From Nemertoderma westbladi (Eukaryota; Animalia; Xenacoelomorpha), in assembly GCA_032718475.1 (NCBI GenBank), contig JAUCBJ010007231.1:36742-100741 (forward strand): DNA of 64,000 bases, in the 5' to 3' direction. Both the position numbers and the translations under genes were made by a program. Below, piece after piece: positions 48,450 to 61,801 of the stretch; position 1 is the first letter of the stretch; the number at the start of each line of letters is the position of its first letter. The notes under the pieces are model-generated. The model was not told the origin of the DNA and did no database searches. It worked only from the letters and a program-made list of their open reading frames with translations.

Positions 48450-50690
48450 TTATCTTTATTTTTCTCCTTTTGTCGTCCTCCGGAGATTCCTTTCAAATCT
48501 CTCCGCTTGTGGGCAATGTCTGCCTGAACTTCCACTATATAAGATTATTTTTGCATCTCATTTATTATTATCCGGTGGTATGACGAACCAACATTGAAGG
48601 ATAAAAAGGCACCAATAGCTGAGATATGTATTCGTTCCTCGCAAAAGAATTTGTGCTCGGGTGCCCTCAACAAAACAAGAAAATTGAGCGATTCTGATTG
48701 ATTCTGTGTAAATACAGGAAGACACAGACTATGCAGTTTTGTCGATGTGAGACGCCGATATAATGGTAAAAGATGGCCATGAAAAACGGCATCGAGAAGA
48801 TGATTTTCTCTTTTGGTATCTCACCCGAGTGTTTGAATGAACAAAACAATTGGACACCTTCAGGACAGTAAAAGTGCCGTTGCTCATTAGTTCCTGACAT
48901 CACCCCATGCCGTAATGGTGCCAAGATACTTCGTTTTAGGTCGTGTATTCGTTTGCTCTACTCTTGATCTACAGTTGAAGCAATTGATGAACGAATTGCA
49001 TATCCCATATATAGTGATAGCTTTTCAATCGCAGTCAAAGTTAACCTATGTTTTTTATTTCCTACAGGTTTTTTATCATCCAGAACAGTTCCTTTTATAG
49101 TTAGGGATTTTCTAAGATCACGGAGAGCCTTTCCAAGACGCTTCTGGTAGTGGTTAATACAGTCGATTTTATCAACACGATTACATAATGCCACGGGAGT
49201 GGGAGTTGGTGATGGAGTAGTCCCTGGAGCAGATGTTGGTGATGGAGTAGTCCCTGGAGCAGTTGTTGGCAATGGAGTAGTCCCTGCAGAAGTTGTTGGC
49301 GATAGTGTAGTCCCTTGAGCAGATGTTGGTGATGGAGTAGTCCCTGGAGCAGATGTTGGCGATGGAGTAGTCTCTGGAGCAGTTGTTGGCGTTGGAGTAG
49401 TCCCTTGAGCAGATATTGGAGATGGAGTAGTCCCTGGAGCAGATGTTGGCGATGGAGTAGTCCCTGGAGCAGTTGTTGGTGATGGATTAGTCCCTGGAGT
49501 AGTTGGCGATGGAGTAGACCCTTGAGCAGATGTTGGTGATGGAGTAGTCCCTGGAGCAGTTGTTGGCGATGGTGTAGTCTCTGGAGCAGCTGTTGGTGAT
49601 GGATTAGACCCTGGAGCAGTTGGCGATGGAGTAGACCCTTGAGCAGATGTTGTTGATGGAGTAGTCCCTGTAGCAGATGTTGGCGATGGAGTCGTCCCTG
49701 GAGTTCCTGAAGTGTGGATATCCCAATGTTTCCGGCCTATTTTGCTATTATTGAATGCCTCCTTATCTGTCCCATCCATATTATTGTATTCTCTACACAT
49801 TTCATATGTCCCAGACTGCAGAATATGCACTAGAATCTCCATCACATATGACCGAGTTGAATCTAAGGCCATGGTCAGGACTTACAGACATCTCCCTAGA
49901 CTGTTCAAATATCTCCAATGCAATATCCGTTTCCATTGCCCCACTGGATTTATTATAGGAACCTGGACATTCATCAATGTGTTTGAGCTTCCATTTGATA
50001 TATTCTTTAGATTCCTTTTTGAAAGGTGCAAACTCGCACTGTCTGCAGATCTTGGACCGCACACCATAATCTAACACCTTTCCGGTTTCCATGGATATAG
50101 CAAATCCACAACCGAAATTCGAAGTAAAGCCGCGTTTGGATTGCTTCCAACCCAAGCCCAAGCTCCATCATTGCAAAAATAACACGTGCAGTTAGGGCAG
50201 TAGAGTCCTGAGAGTAAGGACCTCTGTAGACTGCTGTTGGATCTAAACTGTTTCCAAGATATAACTCAAGAGGACACATAGAACATGTTGTTTTTATTGG
50301 AGTTTGAAGTCCTACAGTAGTATGTAGTTCATAATTCAGTTCTCCCATACATCCTCCCAATGTGTGCACTGCATGTGTATACGTTTGTAAATTACAATAA
50401 TCTAGCACCAAAAAACCAATTTCCTTTCTCACCTCAATACAACTTGAATCAGAAGGTTCGCTTACATCAGAGTCAATGTCGCTGTCTCCACTATCGGAGG
50501 AACTATCACTGAGATAATCTCCCAGTCTATGGAGGGATGAGATGATCTTTCTCTCTGCAGTGCACACAGTTGCTTTTTTCCATCCTGGACCTTTGAATTG
50601 TGAACGTCTGGGCGGATGAACAACCTTTCTCCTCTCGGTGCGTTTGATAGCAGTAGATGAAAATTTAGATTGACGTGGCATCTCAAAATC
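48450..50690 (-). pseudogene. Kolobok (Mutator-like DDE) transposase, frameshifted and internally deleted
   Basis: KRGFTSNFG, TGKVLDY.V.SK.C..C, SSGAME, ICDGDSSAY, KIDCINHYQKR, HFYCP, TQNQSESLN; the DGxW motif before KRG is deleted. Confidence 0.88.
49197..49706 (-). repeat. 30/27-bp minisatellite encoding ~17 APGTTPSPTS repeats
   Basis: Open in ORF 48958-49872, in frame with transposase sequence on both sides. Confidence 0.92.
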
Positions 50691-51664
50691 AAATGAATTA
50701 TTTATTGTACAGACCGTCACAACAGTACTGCCTAGTAATACTGAAATAATATAGCAGAATACTGAAATAATGAAGACCTAGGCCTAAAACCTGCAGTGTA
50801 AAAATAGCAGAATACAGGTACTGGAATAATGAAGACATATAAATTAGTTAATTAAGTTTAAATTTCCCGCTTCCTTTTTATCTGCAGATATACTTCTCAA
50901 ATACCAAATTACATATGGCCTACTTCTTACATAGTAGACGGACATGTTGATAGATTAGATTCTAGCAAACATGACTTCGGAAATAAATTCAGCGAAAATT
51001 ATTAGCCAATAACAAAAATTAAAGAATCTTTCATTCAATATAATAAAGGACAGACAGCAGACATACAGACAGACAGACAGATAGATAGATAGACACACAG
51101 AAAGACAGACAGACCGAAATGCAGGCAGGCAGACATAACTCGAAAAGTAAGGGAGATCTCGCTAAAAGGTTTCACCCCCCCCCCCCCCCCCCCCCCCAGG
51201 TACTATGACCAGATGGTGAAACTTGTAAGCGGATTCAATTCCGATGCACTATCCACCCGAGAATGGGACCAGTGGCACTTTATCAATATAGTTGAGGATA
51301 CGAGATTACCAATAATAATCTCGCCTCATAACCAACTTTGGGGGGGCGACACAAGCCCTAAAGCCATAGAGAGAGGTGGGAGGTCAAACCACCTCGGAGG
51401 AAGAAACAAGCTAGTGAGGCTAGCGGCGGGGGGGGGGGGGGGAACACTCACAGGGAGTGCCAAAGTGACAATTAGTATATTAGCCAATAGCAGGGAGGGA
51501 AGCACGTAAACAGAGATAGGAAAGCATCCACTGGGTACAGAAGGCCAAGTAGAGTAAGAGGTGAAACCAATATCTGTGTGTATAAATCATATATTATTCT
51601 GTATTACTGATTTACCGGTCAGTTCATTAATCACAGAGTTGCAGACCGGTCATAGTTTATGACT

Positions 51665-51946
51665 AAAGTAAATAAGTAAAGTAAATTTTCTTCGGCCACT
51701 AGGCCAGGGATTACGCACAAAGTCTGACGACTTATTTCCAGTGCGGTCCCCCCAGAACTTTACTCCCCAGAGGAAGCTCCAGTACTCATTTAGCTACCAC
51801 TTAAGGATACAAAGCAGAGATGCGCCCTGGCTGGTCCCTTTAAAGCATTCATGCCGAAAAGAAAACTGCCCTGGCCCATGTGAGGATCGAACCCACGACC
51901 TACGGGAGATGTGAATTCAATGCAACCACTACACCAAGGTGGAACC
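51665..51946 (-). mobile_element. tRNA-derived SINE, copy 3
   Basis: Near identical to 10718-11003; TSD tt(a/g)tgact at 51657 and 51947. Confidence 0.92.
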
Positions 51947-52419
51947 TTGTGACTGTCGCCAACCAATATCTATTACTGATTTACTGCTGTCATTCTGTAT
52001 CGTGATATTCATTACATACTGATTCTGTGCTATTATCATCCGGAACATTAATATTGAGAAACACAAACTCTATTATTTTCCCCGACGGCCTTTGGCCAAA
52101 TAACGATTAGCTCAGCAGCCCAGCAGGACGGTGTTGCGTACAAATCTAACCCGGTCGGGATCTACGATCCCATCACAAAACTGGGTTCTTCTCAATCCTA
52201 AATACAAATAAATTGGTTTAGAACTGGTTTTCTTGCCCTGATACTATTATAAAAACTGAGATTATTTTCAATATATTTCTGCCGCTAGGGCCATCATCAC
52301 AAACGAAACACATTCTGTGGTACCGGTACCCTCTATACTAGTTTAGCAAATACTACCTTATACCAACTGCTATAGAACTTAAACATTATTTCTTAATTAT
52401 TTTTCTTCTCAATCCTGGC

Positions 52420-53030
52420 CGACTGCAAGGTTGCAAGGTACATTTGCCCCATTAATATTAGTAATTTTACTTGATTATATAATGAGGATCCACAACAAAA
52501 ATGCAGAAGTAGCAGATATCCGGCAACTACGGTCACAGACACCGACATGCCACATGTTGGTGGCATGTCGTTGGGCGATGTATGTGGTTGGCACCACATC
52601 GCCCTGTTCTCTAATAATCTAACAGATGCCCATCTTCTACAGAATAAAGTGGAGGGTTGAAAATGAGATTGGATGATATTAATGCTGCCAAGACCGAATT
52701 CGTGACGTTTAATGTTGATGGCAACTAGACAACAATTGATAATAGTCAACTAACGAAGGTTAATTACTTCTAGTACCTTGGGTCATGGATAGAGAGTAGC
52801 AAAAAAATACATTGAAGTTAGGAAATCAAAGGCATGTTGGGTAACTCTAAAATAATGAATACCATCTGAGGATCTGAAAACCAGATCTCTCCAGGCAACT
52901 GAAGACTAAGTTCCATCGAGCCACAGTGGATAGTGTATTTTTATACAGGGGTGAGACCTGGACACTGACTAAATCACTTGAACAAGGAATTTATGCTAAA
53001 CATCCTAAGCATCAGCTGGAGTTAACACAC
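52420..53030 (+). mobile_element. Old degenerate RTE family B fragment
   Basis: Collinear with 43565-44180, with many indels. Confidence 0.8.
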
Positions 53031-53197
53031 AATTATTTGAATTGGGGAATTTTCATTGAATAAGAATTCATTTGTATCACAGATTTCTTCAGAAGATGTG
53101 ATGTGTTCACAAATCCGATTACTCTTAACCGATATGAGGAAATACTGATCAGTAATAACATTTTAAAATAACATTAATATCATTTTCGCATTTATAG

Positions 53198-53361
53198 AAT
53201 TTTATGAATTGGCCCTAAAAGTTTGGGCTCGATCTGGTGAAGATGTGTACGATCTTTGGACGAGTTCTCGTATTGTTGGTTGTACCGGTGCCGGTTCCAT
53301 GGTGCTTTCTTCCGAGAATTGTAAATCGGAGCGGGTCAACACTTGGAATAATGTTCATAAA
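53198..53361 (+). CDS. Host gene exon 4: start of an unnamed C-terminal domain
   Basis: tttatag acceptor, GTAAGC donor; EFYELALKVWARSGEDVYDLW..CKSERVNTWNNVHK; phase 1-0. Confidence 0.8.
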
Positions 53362-55869
53362 GTAAGCCATACAAATATATTGAAAAAAGTTATGTTTCAT
53401 ATCAGATTAATTACAGTATAAATATATACGGTATTAGATATACCATGTAGGAATGTATTTTTACAAAAAAAAAATCCGAATTATTTAGTTATTAGAGATT
53501 AATTGCAGAATATAATATTATTTGAAAAATCACCGTTTTTAACTAATTTTCCAGAAAATTAGTTAAGAAAAATAAAATTATAGATGTATATGTATATTGT
53601 GTATAGATCTCACACATTAAGGAGTTATCCGTACTTAGATGGTATCAATAAACCTTGTATAGTGTTTGTAAACAGGAAGACAAGTAATACACGTTCGTGG
53701 GGACTTCGCGCAGCACGAGGCCTAGTTATTATATACAAATTAAAATGCAGCGACTGTATCACAAAATCAGGTTTTGAGAAATTTACCCACACCACCAATC
53801 AATCAAAGAAAGGTGGACAGTACGTGTTCACCCCTTTTAATCTCCCCCCCCCCCCCCCCCCCCCCCACCCTTCCCAACCACCAATACATAACCGCGACAT
53901 CTACCACCCACGGAGGGGTAGCACGAACTTATTTCCAATCGCACGTTAAATATGCAAAGCCAGGTGGTTTATAGGAATATAATAAACGCAGTACTCGTTT
54001 TCATTATAAGCCTCTTTGCGTTCGTCCTGTTTTGTATTTAAATATATTTCTTAAACGCAGGCTAGGACGATCTTTATAATAATAATAACTAGGGATGCGA
54101 TCAATATGTGAAGCCAGGTGGTTTATATAATAATTTAGTCAACGCAGTACTCGTCTTCATTATATGCATCGTTGCGCTCGTCGCTTGTCCTGTTTTGTCA
54201 TAAAATATTTTTCCTAAACGCAGACTGACGATCTTTATACAGTTATAACTATGCGAAGTTTCGAAACTGTGCGAGTAACTGTTGATACATCTATGTGGAG
54301 ATGTGTGATACAACGCCAACGCATCTTATGCCGATGTAGTAATATTATTAAATCAATGTACACTCTTAAAGCTGCAGCGAAAAAATGTAGCTAATTTCCT
54401 AGGTTACATATAAAATAATAATATTATTTTTAAGAACATTAATTTTACTACTTTGCAAAAATTCAATTAAAAAATAACCAGACATATACATTGTGGAATA
54501 AACTATTTCAGAAGCCTACAACAGCCATGCCATGGATTGTATTTATGTTATTATATCTGTCATTTAACTGAGATAGCAATAGTAGTAATAGTCGAACGGT
54601 TATGCGGCCCGTCCAGCCTATAATAAACACAATTCAGTGATTGGGCTGGAATAGCAATACTGGTTGCCTCTATTACAATTCCTCTCAGGTTAGTCTACAG
54701 CCACAACTCCCAGCAGCTAGCTCCACACCAGCAGAGACTTGACCAATAATGGGAAGGATTAAATTTGTACTCAATAATTGTGCGGTTTAATTACGTTTAG
54801 ATCAATTAAAGACACATTTATTAAAGCAAATCACTTAAAACTAATTAAAAACTATAATAGAATGGCGTATGGGGATTATATCTGTATAATTTTTAAGTAT
54901 AATTATTTAAATCTTATACTGTAAAACAATTAATTTCCTTTAAAAGGCAGGTTGAAAATGGCGTTTTCACCGCAATCAACTTAATTAACTAATTAACTGC
55001 TATTATCTTAGCTTCTCGAAGGCCACACGGAAATTCTACTTGGAAAATTTCTAAACTTTTGCCAAACAACATGTGTACCAAGTTTGGATAGATTTCATCA
55101 AAGATTGGCCGAGTTATTAACGTTTAAAATTGAACACGACAGAACGACAGAACGACAGAACGACAGGTTGATTAATGGTACCACTACGCTAAGGCTCACT
55201 CACTTCGTCTAAGGCTCACTCACTTCGTGGCTCGCCCCACATGGTACTGTACAATCATAATGCCGGTTTCTCGAATAGGCCCGGCCCATCAAGCAGAATG
55301 ACAGCGAGAAGTACTGAACCTGGTGGGCCATAACAAGCCTAATACAGTAATAGTAACATCCTTCTTGACGATCTGGACTTGGGCTACAATTTTAATGAGG
55401 ACGATGACTCAGTTATTTTTAGAAGCTTCTGGTTGTACTAATCTCCCAAAACGGGTTAAAATACCTTATTAACTGTAAGCTGGTATGGGAACAACCTAAC
55501 AGGTTACAGTTTTTTGGTGTATTTTTGAAATATTTTGGGGTGTTTTGTAGGCATTCCTCGGGCTGCGAGCTTCTGCCTAAGAAATCTAAACATACATTGA
55601 TAACGCTGGTGATACGTTTTTTTCAAATGAAACAGTATATTCAATATAAAGACGTAACTCTTCCACTCATTATCTTTAGCGAAATTCAGGTATTCCTCCC
55701 TTATGTGCTGAGTTTTCCACCATTTTTAGTAGACCTTTTGTGTTACATACAGTATCTCTACAAATAATCACTTCGGTTCAATTGGAGTATAAGAAGTTGT
55801 TATCACCAAAATTCAGGATATGTTAATATATCATTACCCACTAAATTAGTAATCTTTGCTGATGACAAA

Positions 55870-56275
55870 CTTTCCCATCACTGCCACACCATAATTCCGA
55901 GCTTTAAATGGGGAGACCCACTGGACCCCGGCAACTACCGGCCAATTTCACTATTACCAATTCTCACAAAAATACTTGAACAAATTATTTATTGCCAAAT
56001 GGAATCCTATCTCGATCGTTAATCATTTCTAACAAAGTCACAATTCGGATTTAGGAAAAATCATTCCCAAATCATCTTAATTTTTATTTGTAACAGAAAA
56101 AATTAGAACTATACTTGACTTTAAGCAGTCCGGATTTGCAATTTATATTGACTTAAAAAAAGCCTTCGATACCCTGAATTACTCCATCCTTGTCAAAAAA
56201 ATTAGACTCCTACGGAATCCACGGTGCTCCGCATAAATTTACAACGGACACAAAAATTTTCACTTTGCAATGGTA
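55870..56275 (+). mobile_element. Degenerate CR1/L2-type RT fragment
   Basis: NYRPISLLPILTKILE, QFGFRK, IDLKKAFDT. Confidence 0.75.
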
Positions 56276-56419
56276 TAAAATCCCCATCCTTACCTGTATC
56301 CAGTGGTACTTCTGTCTAAAATCCCCCCATCCTTACCTGTATCCTGTGGTACTTCTGTCTAAAATCCCCCCATCCTTACCTGTATCCAGTGGTACTTCTG
56401 TCTAAAATCCCCCCATCCT
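56276..56419. repeat. 43-bp minisatellite, about 3.4 copies
   Basis: Unit taaaatccccccatccttacctgtatccagtggtacttctgtc. Confidence 0.9.
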
Positions 56420-57029
56420 GCAGCTATTTATTATTTTGTGGCTGGCTGACTGGCTGGGTTTGTGGTTCGATTGTTTGAACGCTAATAAGTCGGTCAATCA
56501 TGGATGAATTAGAACCAAACTTGGTACACATGTAGTCTATCAAAAGTTTAGTAATTCTAACACAGACAGACTTATACAGTTCCTCTGTCTGGCGCTAGGC
56601 AGTCAGAGGCTAATTAAGCCGTGCTAAGAGCGCTTATAACGGCTTTATTATTATCATTATCTCCTCCTGGTGTGTTAGCTGCCTCAACTGGCATCAGGTT
56701 ATTCTGGCTAACCATAAAGTCCTCCACCCACACACTACTGCATAGCCTAATTTTTTATATATTGTATCTTAATAAAAAAAAGTTCCGGTTTAAGAATATA
56801 TGTTATATATCAGACTAAGCAACACAATAATTCAGATTTTTACATTATTTGGAATCCCTGCAACGTTATATTTTCCATCGATACAAACAAACTAGGGGGT
56901 GGTATCTCTAAATTAACACTCAATACACCAGACAACTGCCAAAAAGTTGATAAAAAGTCAATGCATTAAATATAATAACAAACAATAAATAATAAATAAT
57001 AAACAATAAATATAATAAACAATAAATAT

Positions 57030-58765
57030 AATAACTCGGACAGTGACCTCGCAGACGATGCTGAACCACACGGCCTCGAATATATCACAACAGAATCCGA
57101 ACCCCCATTCACTCCAGACGAGGTTGAATCCGCCATACGTGGAAAGAAATCTGGAAAATCCGGAGGTCCAGACAAGGTACCCTATGAACTTTTCCAAGCT
57201 GCAGTCCAGTTGTTCTACTTCTCTGGACCACACTACTAAACATCTGTCTCGCTTCTGGCAATTTAGTTACTTGCTGGAAGAACAGCATCATGATGGTCCT
57301 CTACAAGGGCAATGGGTCCCGGTCAAATCCAGATTCCTATAGAGGAATCGCACTGCTCTGCAACGCCTTCAAAATCCTAATGAGTCTGGTAGAGAAACGC
57401 GTCCGCAGTCGTGTTTCCCATCGTATCCCACCTGAACAGTTCGGATTTATGCCGGGAAAGTCCACAACAATGCCATTATCACAATTAATAAAACAAATTC
57501 ATGAGAATCTATCCTCTCCTAAGAAGCCATTATACGCTGTTTATATTGACTTCCGCAAAGCATTCGATTCAGTACCCAGGTCCAAGTTTCTATTTAAACT
57601 CAGGTTTCATTTCAACATTAGGGGCAACCTTTATACGTTAATAAAATGCATCTTAAAGATCAACTACATACAAATCTTCGACGGCCTCAGAAAGTCGAAA
57701 ATAGTTGAGCAAACACGACGATCTCTTGTTTTACGGAGACTCCCGGAAGGCAGCGCAGGCCGGGCTCGACGCGGTCGCAGTTTGGTCGGCAAAATACGGT
57801 CTCGACGTGAACCTAACGAAAACCAAAATCATGAAGTTCCGTCGTGGCGGTCGCCTCGCCAATGCTGACAAGTTCACGTACAACGGAAACCCGGTCGAGA
57901 TTGTCAACTCTTACAAATATCTCGGCATCACCCTGCAGACGACTCTAAGTTTCTCGAAGCATGTAGCGGCAACTATGTGCAAAGCAGTCATGGCCATCCA
58001 CTCAATTAACAAACCCGAACTGCTATCACTTACTACACCTATCAAATTGTTCCAGATAAAGATTTTACCAATCGTCCTCTATGGTTGCAGGGAAATCTGG
58101 CCGTTCCTTACTGTAGCCAATATGATCGCAATCAACAAGATTAAATCTACTTACTTAAAGAAAGCGCTTTGCCTACACAAGTCAACCCACAACCGGCTAG
58201 TCATTGCACTCTGTAATGAACGGACTCTCGTCGCAGACATCGTCTCCAAACTCCATCTTCCACTATCTGCAAACTATAATAGCTACAGGGACATCGTAGC
58301 TCTCAAAACCCACCGGTTTCTGGCAGTTGCTCGGGTTCACTGACCGCAGTTGGTGTGGGCCAAACCGTAGACAGCGGCATGTGACCACGCGCTTCAGCGT
58401 GCACGGTTTTCACCACTGTATCTGCACGAACCGCTCCTTCCACGTCCCCATAGACTCCTGCACCTGTAGACTATGAGGACTCACGGCTACAACGTACCAT
58501 CTGCTAGACTGCCCACAGAATACCGCCTCCCTCTCCAAATGGGCGAACTCTGCCGAATAGCCCCCCCCCCCCCCCCCCCCCCGACCAGTTTTTACAATGA
58601 ATTAATAATCCAATTTTAAAATTCTACATTTTTCTTAAATATATGAACCATACATTATACTACTATTTATTTATTTTATTTTACTTGGAATTTTGTACTG
58701 TACATTGTGCCTCACCAGGCGTTATTAATAAATATATATATTAAATATAATAATAATAATAAATA
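57030..58765 (+). mobile_element. 5'-truncated non-LTR retrotransposon with internal deletion
   Basis: YRGIALL, QFGF, IDFRKAFDSV, YKYLG; C-terminal Cys/His knuckle; aataaa and (taa)n tail. Confidence 0.85.
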
Positions 58766-58905
58766 CGAATGTGTATATGCAGTAAAATTATTTACATTTC
58801 TCAACTTTCAACAGAAAAAAGTTCTACAAAATACTACCGGGGTGATACAATCTAAGGATATCAAAGTTTTAATTATAATAAACATCGACAACTTTTACTG
58901 TTTAG

Positions 58906-59093
58906 GTCAAGATTGTATTCTATGATGCGCAAGGGGTAGAAATCTCGAGCGCCACATTCAATGGACTGGGACAAGATAAGCTCAACTTCATGTCCCAAGC
59001 AAACCTCATAGAGAGTTCATTTGCGGACCTGGATGCCAATTCCCCCTCCAATTACTTTTCTGTTCAAGGACACGATGTAGTAGGACACGTCAA
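58906..59093 (+). CDS. Host gene exon 5: continuation of the C-terminal domain
   Basis: tttag acceptor in phase 0; VKIVFYDAQG..FNGLG..SSFADL..NYFSVQG; probable GTTAGT donor at 59094; absent from the ORF track. Confidence 0.75.
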
Positions 59094-59779
59094 GTTAGTG
59101 ACTTAAGTAATCGGATGAACTTCTATAGTTACAAATAGATACAAAGATTAAAATACCCAAACCTGTAAGAATCGGTTATGAATTAATACGGAATGTTGCA
59201 CAGTGCACTCTCACCGGCTGGAACCTACTCACTGTTCTTTCCTAACAGCGGTGAAAACAATTGCAACAGAACAAAACGTAAACCTGAAACACCAGTAGCA
59301 TTCTTTCTTGGCTATTAGCTGTGAGGCAGGGAGAGCGCATCACTAATGTTACTATCCGTGGGTAAAGGCATTGGCCCTGTTACTGTGACCATTAAGTAAT
59401 TCATCGCACTTGCCAAGACTTTGCTAAACTAACATTTAGTTTTTTAGTGAAATATCAAATTAATAATTTTATATATTTTTATGTTTCCTTTTCTCGCATA
59501 AATTTAATCACGAATTGTATTTATTTATTTATCAAGCACGTTAAGTAAAAAACCTCACCGGTAGGTGTGTTAGTACCAAAGTATGTAAAAAACTAAAAAG
59601 CAAAAAGACCTAGACGTTGCATGCAATCAGTGATCAGCTGACCTGACAACTGAAGGCATTCTCAGGAAGCCAAGTCAAGAAATGTAGAGAGAAATTCACA
59701 AAGGGAAACAGAACGAGTATTGAAATGAATAGAGAGGTATGTAGGTAACTAACCACTGGGAAGCAGCACCACAAACTTA

Positions 59780-61295
59780 CGCCAATCATGTTTCTGCGTG
59801 TTGATAGCGGGCTTGCGTGTTTGAATGTAATACATTTCAAGCTACTGGAATACTATGGGGGAGACCCCATGGAAGTTTAGCTATTATGTGTAACAGAACA
59901 ATAGCGTCCCAAGGTGAAACGGTTACATTTAATGATAATCAATCGTATGGGTATTTGAAATCAAATGGCAGCCGTTACTATTTAATTTTAAATGTTTATA
60001 TGCCATATCAATCAGCAGAAAATGATGATTTATTTGACGACTACTTAGGTAGATTTATTTGACGACTACTTAGGTAGACTTAAAAGTATTGTTGAATCTT
60101 TTGAAGTGCCGTGCTGTATCGCAGGTGACTTTAACGCTGGCATTGATACTGATTTCTATGTTAAACTTAGAAATTGGGTTGATGATCATAATTTTTATCT
60201 GGCAGATGTGAGCTGCCTACCATCCGATAGATATACATATGTTTGTGCAGCACATGGTTCCACATTGTGGTTAGACCATGTGGTGTGTACCAATGGCATA
60301 GCTACTGAAACCCATTGGTTTTCATATTGATATGGATTTATTTCATAATAATGGAGCTTCATGTGATAATGTTCGCAGTGACTCTACCAAAATGAGACGC
60401 AATTGGAATAATTTATCTGCACAATGTGTAAATAATTATCATATTAGTATTGATGGATTTTTATTAAATAGCAATGTGATTGGTCTCGTAGATGACTTAT
60501 TGCGCTGTAGTGATACTAAATGTTATGATTAACATCTCGTGACTTATTGTGCTGTAGTGATACTGTTATGCTTAACAACATCTCGTGAGTTATTGTGCTG
60601 TAGTAATGACACTAACTGTTGTGATTATCATCATACCGGTGTAATTGATGATTTATATAAAATTGTTCGTGATTCTCTACAGATGTGGCTGCAGAAAATG
60701 TACCTACAGTAAAAATAAATAATAGCCCTATGGTTGACAAAAATACCTGGCTGGAATGACCTCATAAAATCAATCCATGATGAAGCGCACCTCGCGTTTC
60801 ATCTTTGGAGATCGCTTGGGTCACCATGACGGACCCAGCATCAGCAATACATCGCATCCAAAGCTTGGTTCAAACGAATTTTACGCCAGGTTAAAAGGAA
60901 CGAACAGGCAATAAGGGACAGCAATTAGCCGATGCAATGTTAGACTTTGTGCCCCCCTGACGGATTTTTGGTCTCAAGTGCATAAACAGTCCTCCAATAG
61001 GAGCCACTTCCCTAATAAGGTTGGGGATGCTATTGGGGAGGAAAATATTAGAATAAAGGAAAATATAGGAAAGCAATGGAAAGAACACTTTTCTACTCCT
61101 TATAATTGTGATCTTCCCGATACCAGCCGTGAGTTTGTGGATAATCAATTTAAATCGATTCGTTCAGTAAATCGATTCCTTCAGTAAATTCTCACGAATT
61201 TTCAAAGATTGATATTTTTAACACTATTAATTTACTTTCTAGTGGTAAGATATTGGTGCAGACAATATTTCATCCGAACATCTGAAATACGGACG
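59780..61295 (+). mobile_element. Degenerate Proto2-like LINE ORF2 fragment
   Basis: GRPHGSLA, NVYMPY, AGDFNA, WLDH, PGWND motifs. Confidence 0.7.
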
Positions 61296-61801
61296 TACAG
61301 AATAATTGTGCAATGGCAAACGTGGCTGGACACCCGGTGATGGCAGTGAGTTACTTTAAAAAAAGCGTTCACATTGGCAGCTTCGCATCGATGTCATAGA
61401 AGTCCACATTCAAACTACTCAAAAAGTTTCATGCATGCATTCTCCAGTCCTAGCTCCTTGGTTAGTCCAGTTTACCTGTAGCGCTAGCATAGTAGCGATA
61501 CACATCCAATGACACTGTCCAAGCAAGGGTCAAAACTGTGCAAAGTCGCCAATGACACTGTGACAGACCTTGATTGCGATTTGTTTGAGTACAATTCCAA
61601 CACGTTGCTGTGTATTGGGGTAGTGCATAAAGGTCAGCTGGTACAACCTGACAATCTGTCAGTCCGTTCCACTTCCACCAGTCATTAAGCTGTTAAGTTG
61701 TAAGTCCGCGAAGACCCCATGCAAATTCATCTTGGAAAATTTCTAAATTTTAGCCAGACTACATGTGTACCAAGTTTGGATAGTTTCCATCGAGATTTGG
61801 C

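Larger units (their letters stand above)
46990..51198 (-). mobile_element. Kolobok DNA transposon with disrupted transposase; right end degraded
   Basis: TTAA at 46986-46989 then poly-G terminus; poly-C at 51176-51197 without a following TTAA; ends similar to 5199-6872. Confidence 0.8.

Noticed and set aside
48958-49872. Host mucin gene
   Set aside because: Both flanks of the repeat are transposase sequence; no signal peptide or evident splice structure.
54219-54273. CTGACGA...CGAAAC hammerhead-like motif, with ACAGT complementary to ACTGT in the middle
   Set aside because: No convincing stem II, a mismatched stem I, and the adjacent tandem copy (~54056-54100) lacks the core.
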